Below are positions 63,510 to 64,000 of a DNA stretch of 64,000 bases, one piece after another. Within the stretch, counting starts at the first letter, position 1, and each line of letters opens with the position of its first letter. Both the position numbers and the translations under genes were made by a program. This DNA comes from Candidatus Nomurabacteria bacterium (lineage in GTDB: Bacteria; Patescibacteriota; Minisyncoccia; Phycocordibacterales; UBA9973). Below the pieces are notes generated by a model that saw only the letters and a list, made by a program, of their open reading frames with translations, made no database searches and had not been told where the DNA came from. Location of the stretch: the NCBI GenBank assembly GCA_016199805.1, contig JACQGC010000004.1:106908-170907 (forward strand), read 5' to 3'.

Positions 63510-64000
63510 ATGAAGAACATCACTGTAAAAGGAATTCGGAAGTCTTTCAACACCATTTCAATCCTCGACGGAGTGAGCTTTGCTTTGCCTGAAGGAAAGC
63601 GGCTTGCGCTCATCGGCGAAAACGGCAGCGGTAAATCTACGCTGCTCAGGATTGTTACTGGCAACCTAAAACCCGACGCTGGAGAAGTATTCGGCTTGGA
63701 CGCCGGATGCGCTTACATTGCGCAAGACTTTTCCGGCAATGATAAAGATACGCCGCGCGAGTTTTTAACGCATCGTGTAGAGTCCATCAACAAAGCGGTT
63801 AGACTGCTCAGCCAGTCCGGCTTCGACCTGGGTAAAGACGAAGCGAGACTTCAACAAGTCAAATGTGGTGATCTTTCCGGCGGAGAGAAGAAGAAGCTGG
63901 AGATAGTCGCAGGACTTGCGAGCGGATCGCTGTTCATCGCCATGGATGAGCCGGAAAACCATCTCGATTATCAGACAATCGAGTGGTTGATCGGCTTTCT
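63510..64000 (+). CDS. ABC-F/ABC transporter ATP-binding protein, N-terminal fragment (runs off window end)
   Basis: RBS aaggaaa then ATG at 63510; Walker A GENGSGKST, signature LSGGEKKKL, Walker B FIAMDEPENHLD; absent from ORF track because it has no stop in the window. Confidence 0.75.
   Translation, partial: MKNITVKGIRKSFNTISILDGVSFALPEGKRLALIGENGSGKSTLLRIVTGNLKPDAGEVFGLDAGCAYIAQDFSGNDKDTPREFLTHRVESINKAVRLLSQSGFDLGKDEARLQQVKCGDLSGGEKKKLEIVAGLASGSLFIAMDEPENHLDYQTIEWLIGF

Overview
AT-rich bacterial chromosome segment with short genes, many overlapping stop/start junctions and several lineage-typical proteins (four-helix-bundle protein, YraN, NYN, HNH, GIY-YIG). By inference it resembles a Patescibacteria/CPR-type genome. 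Positions 1-14002 hold a minus-strand type-IV-secretion-like cluster: a VirB4-like ATPase, a TrbL/VirB6-like polytopic protein, a PrgI/VirB3-like protein, a pilin-like protein with an M15-type hydrolase domain, large secreted Cys/Thr-rich proteins and an embedded MazF-like gene. Each gene in the cluster is preceded by a recurring AACTTTATAA-word motif. The rest is mostly housekeeping: rsmA, a UvrD-family helicase, LysM-M23 peptidase, ZIP transporter, four tRNAs, cca, murI, xth, Xer recombinase, rpsO-NYN-pnp, comM, lexA, hup, rny, a Clp ATPase, clpP, tig, H+-PPase, nusA and an ABC-F fragment. Less ordinary items: (i) GC-rich CCCCT-N-AGGGG palindromic elements, intergenic and inserted in-frame into ksgA, the helicase, nusA and other genes (RPE-like); (ii) a conserved GC-hairpin plus ATGATTYCGCARAATCA element at the translation start of five genes; (iii) a tight four-gene operon (ThiF/E1-like, Glu/Leu/Phe/Val dehydrogenase, PaaK/F390-like adenylating ligase, Acg/SagB-like nitroreductase) with an unlisted 42-aa ORF; (iv) tandem paralogous ~585-aa cysteine-rich proteins; (v) a small GC-rich gene island next to a LexA-box promoter driving a small ORF and lexA. 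Two edge-truncated CDS (1-1196 minus, 63510-64000 plus) are missing from the supplied ORF track. No CRISPR array, rRNA or reverse transcriptase was seen.
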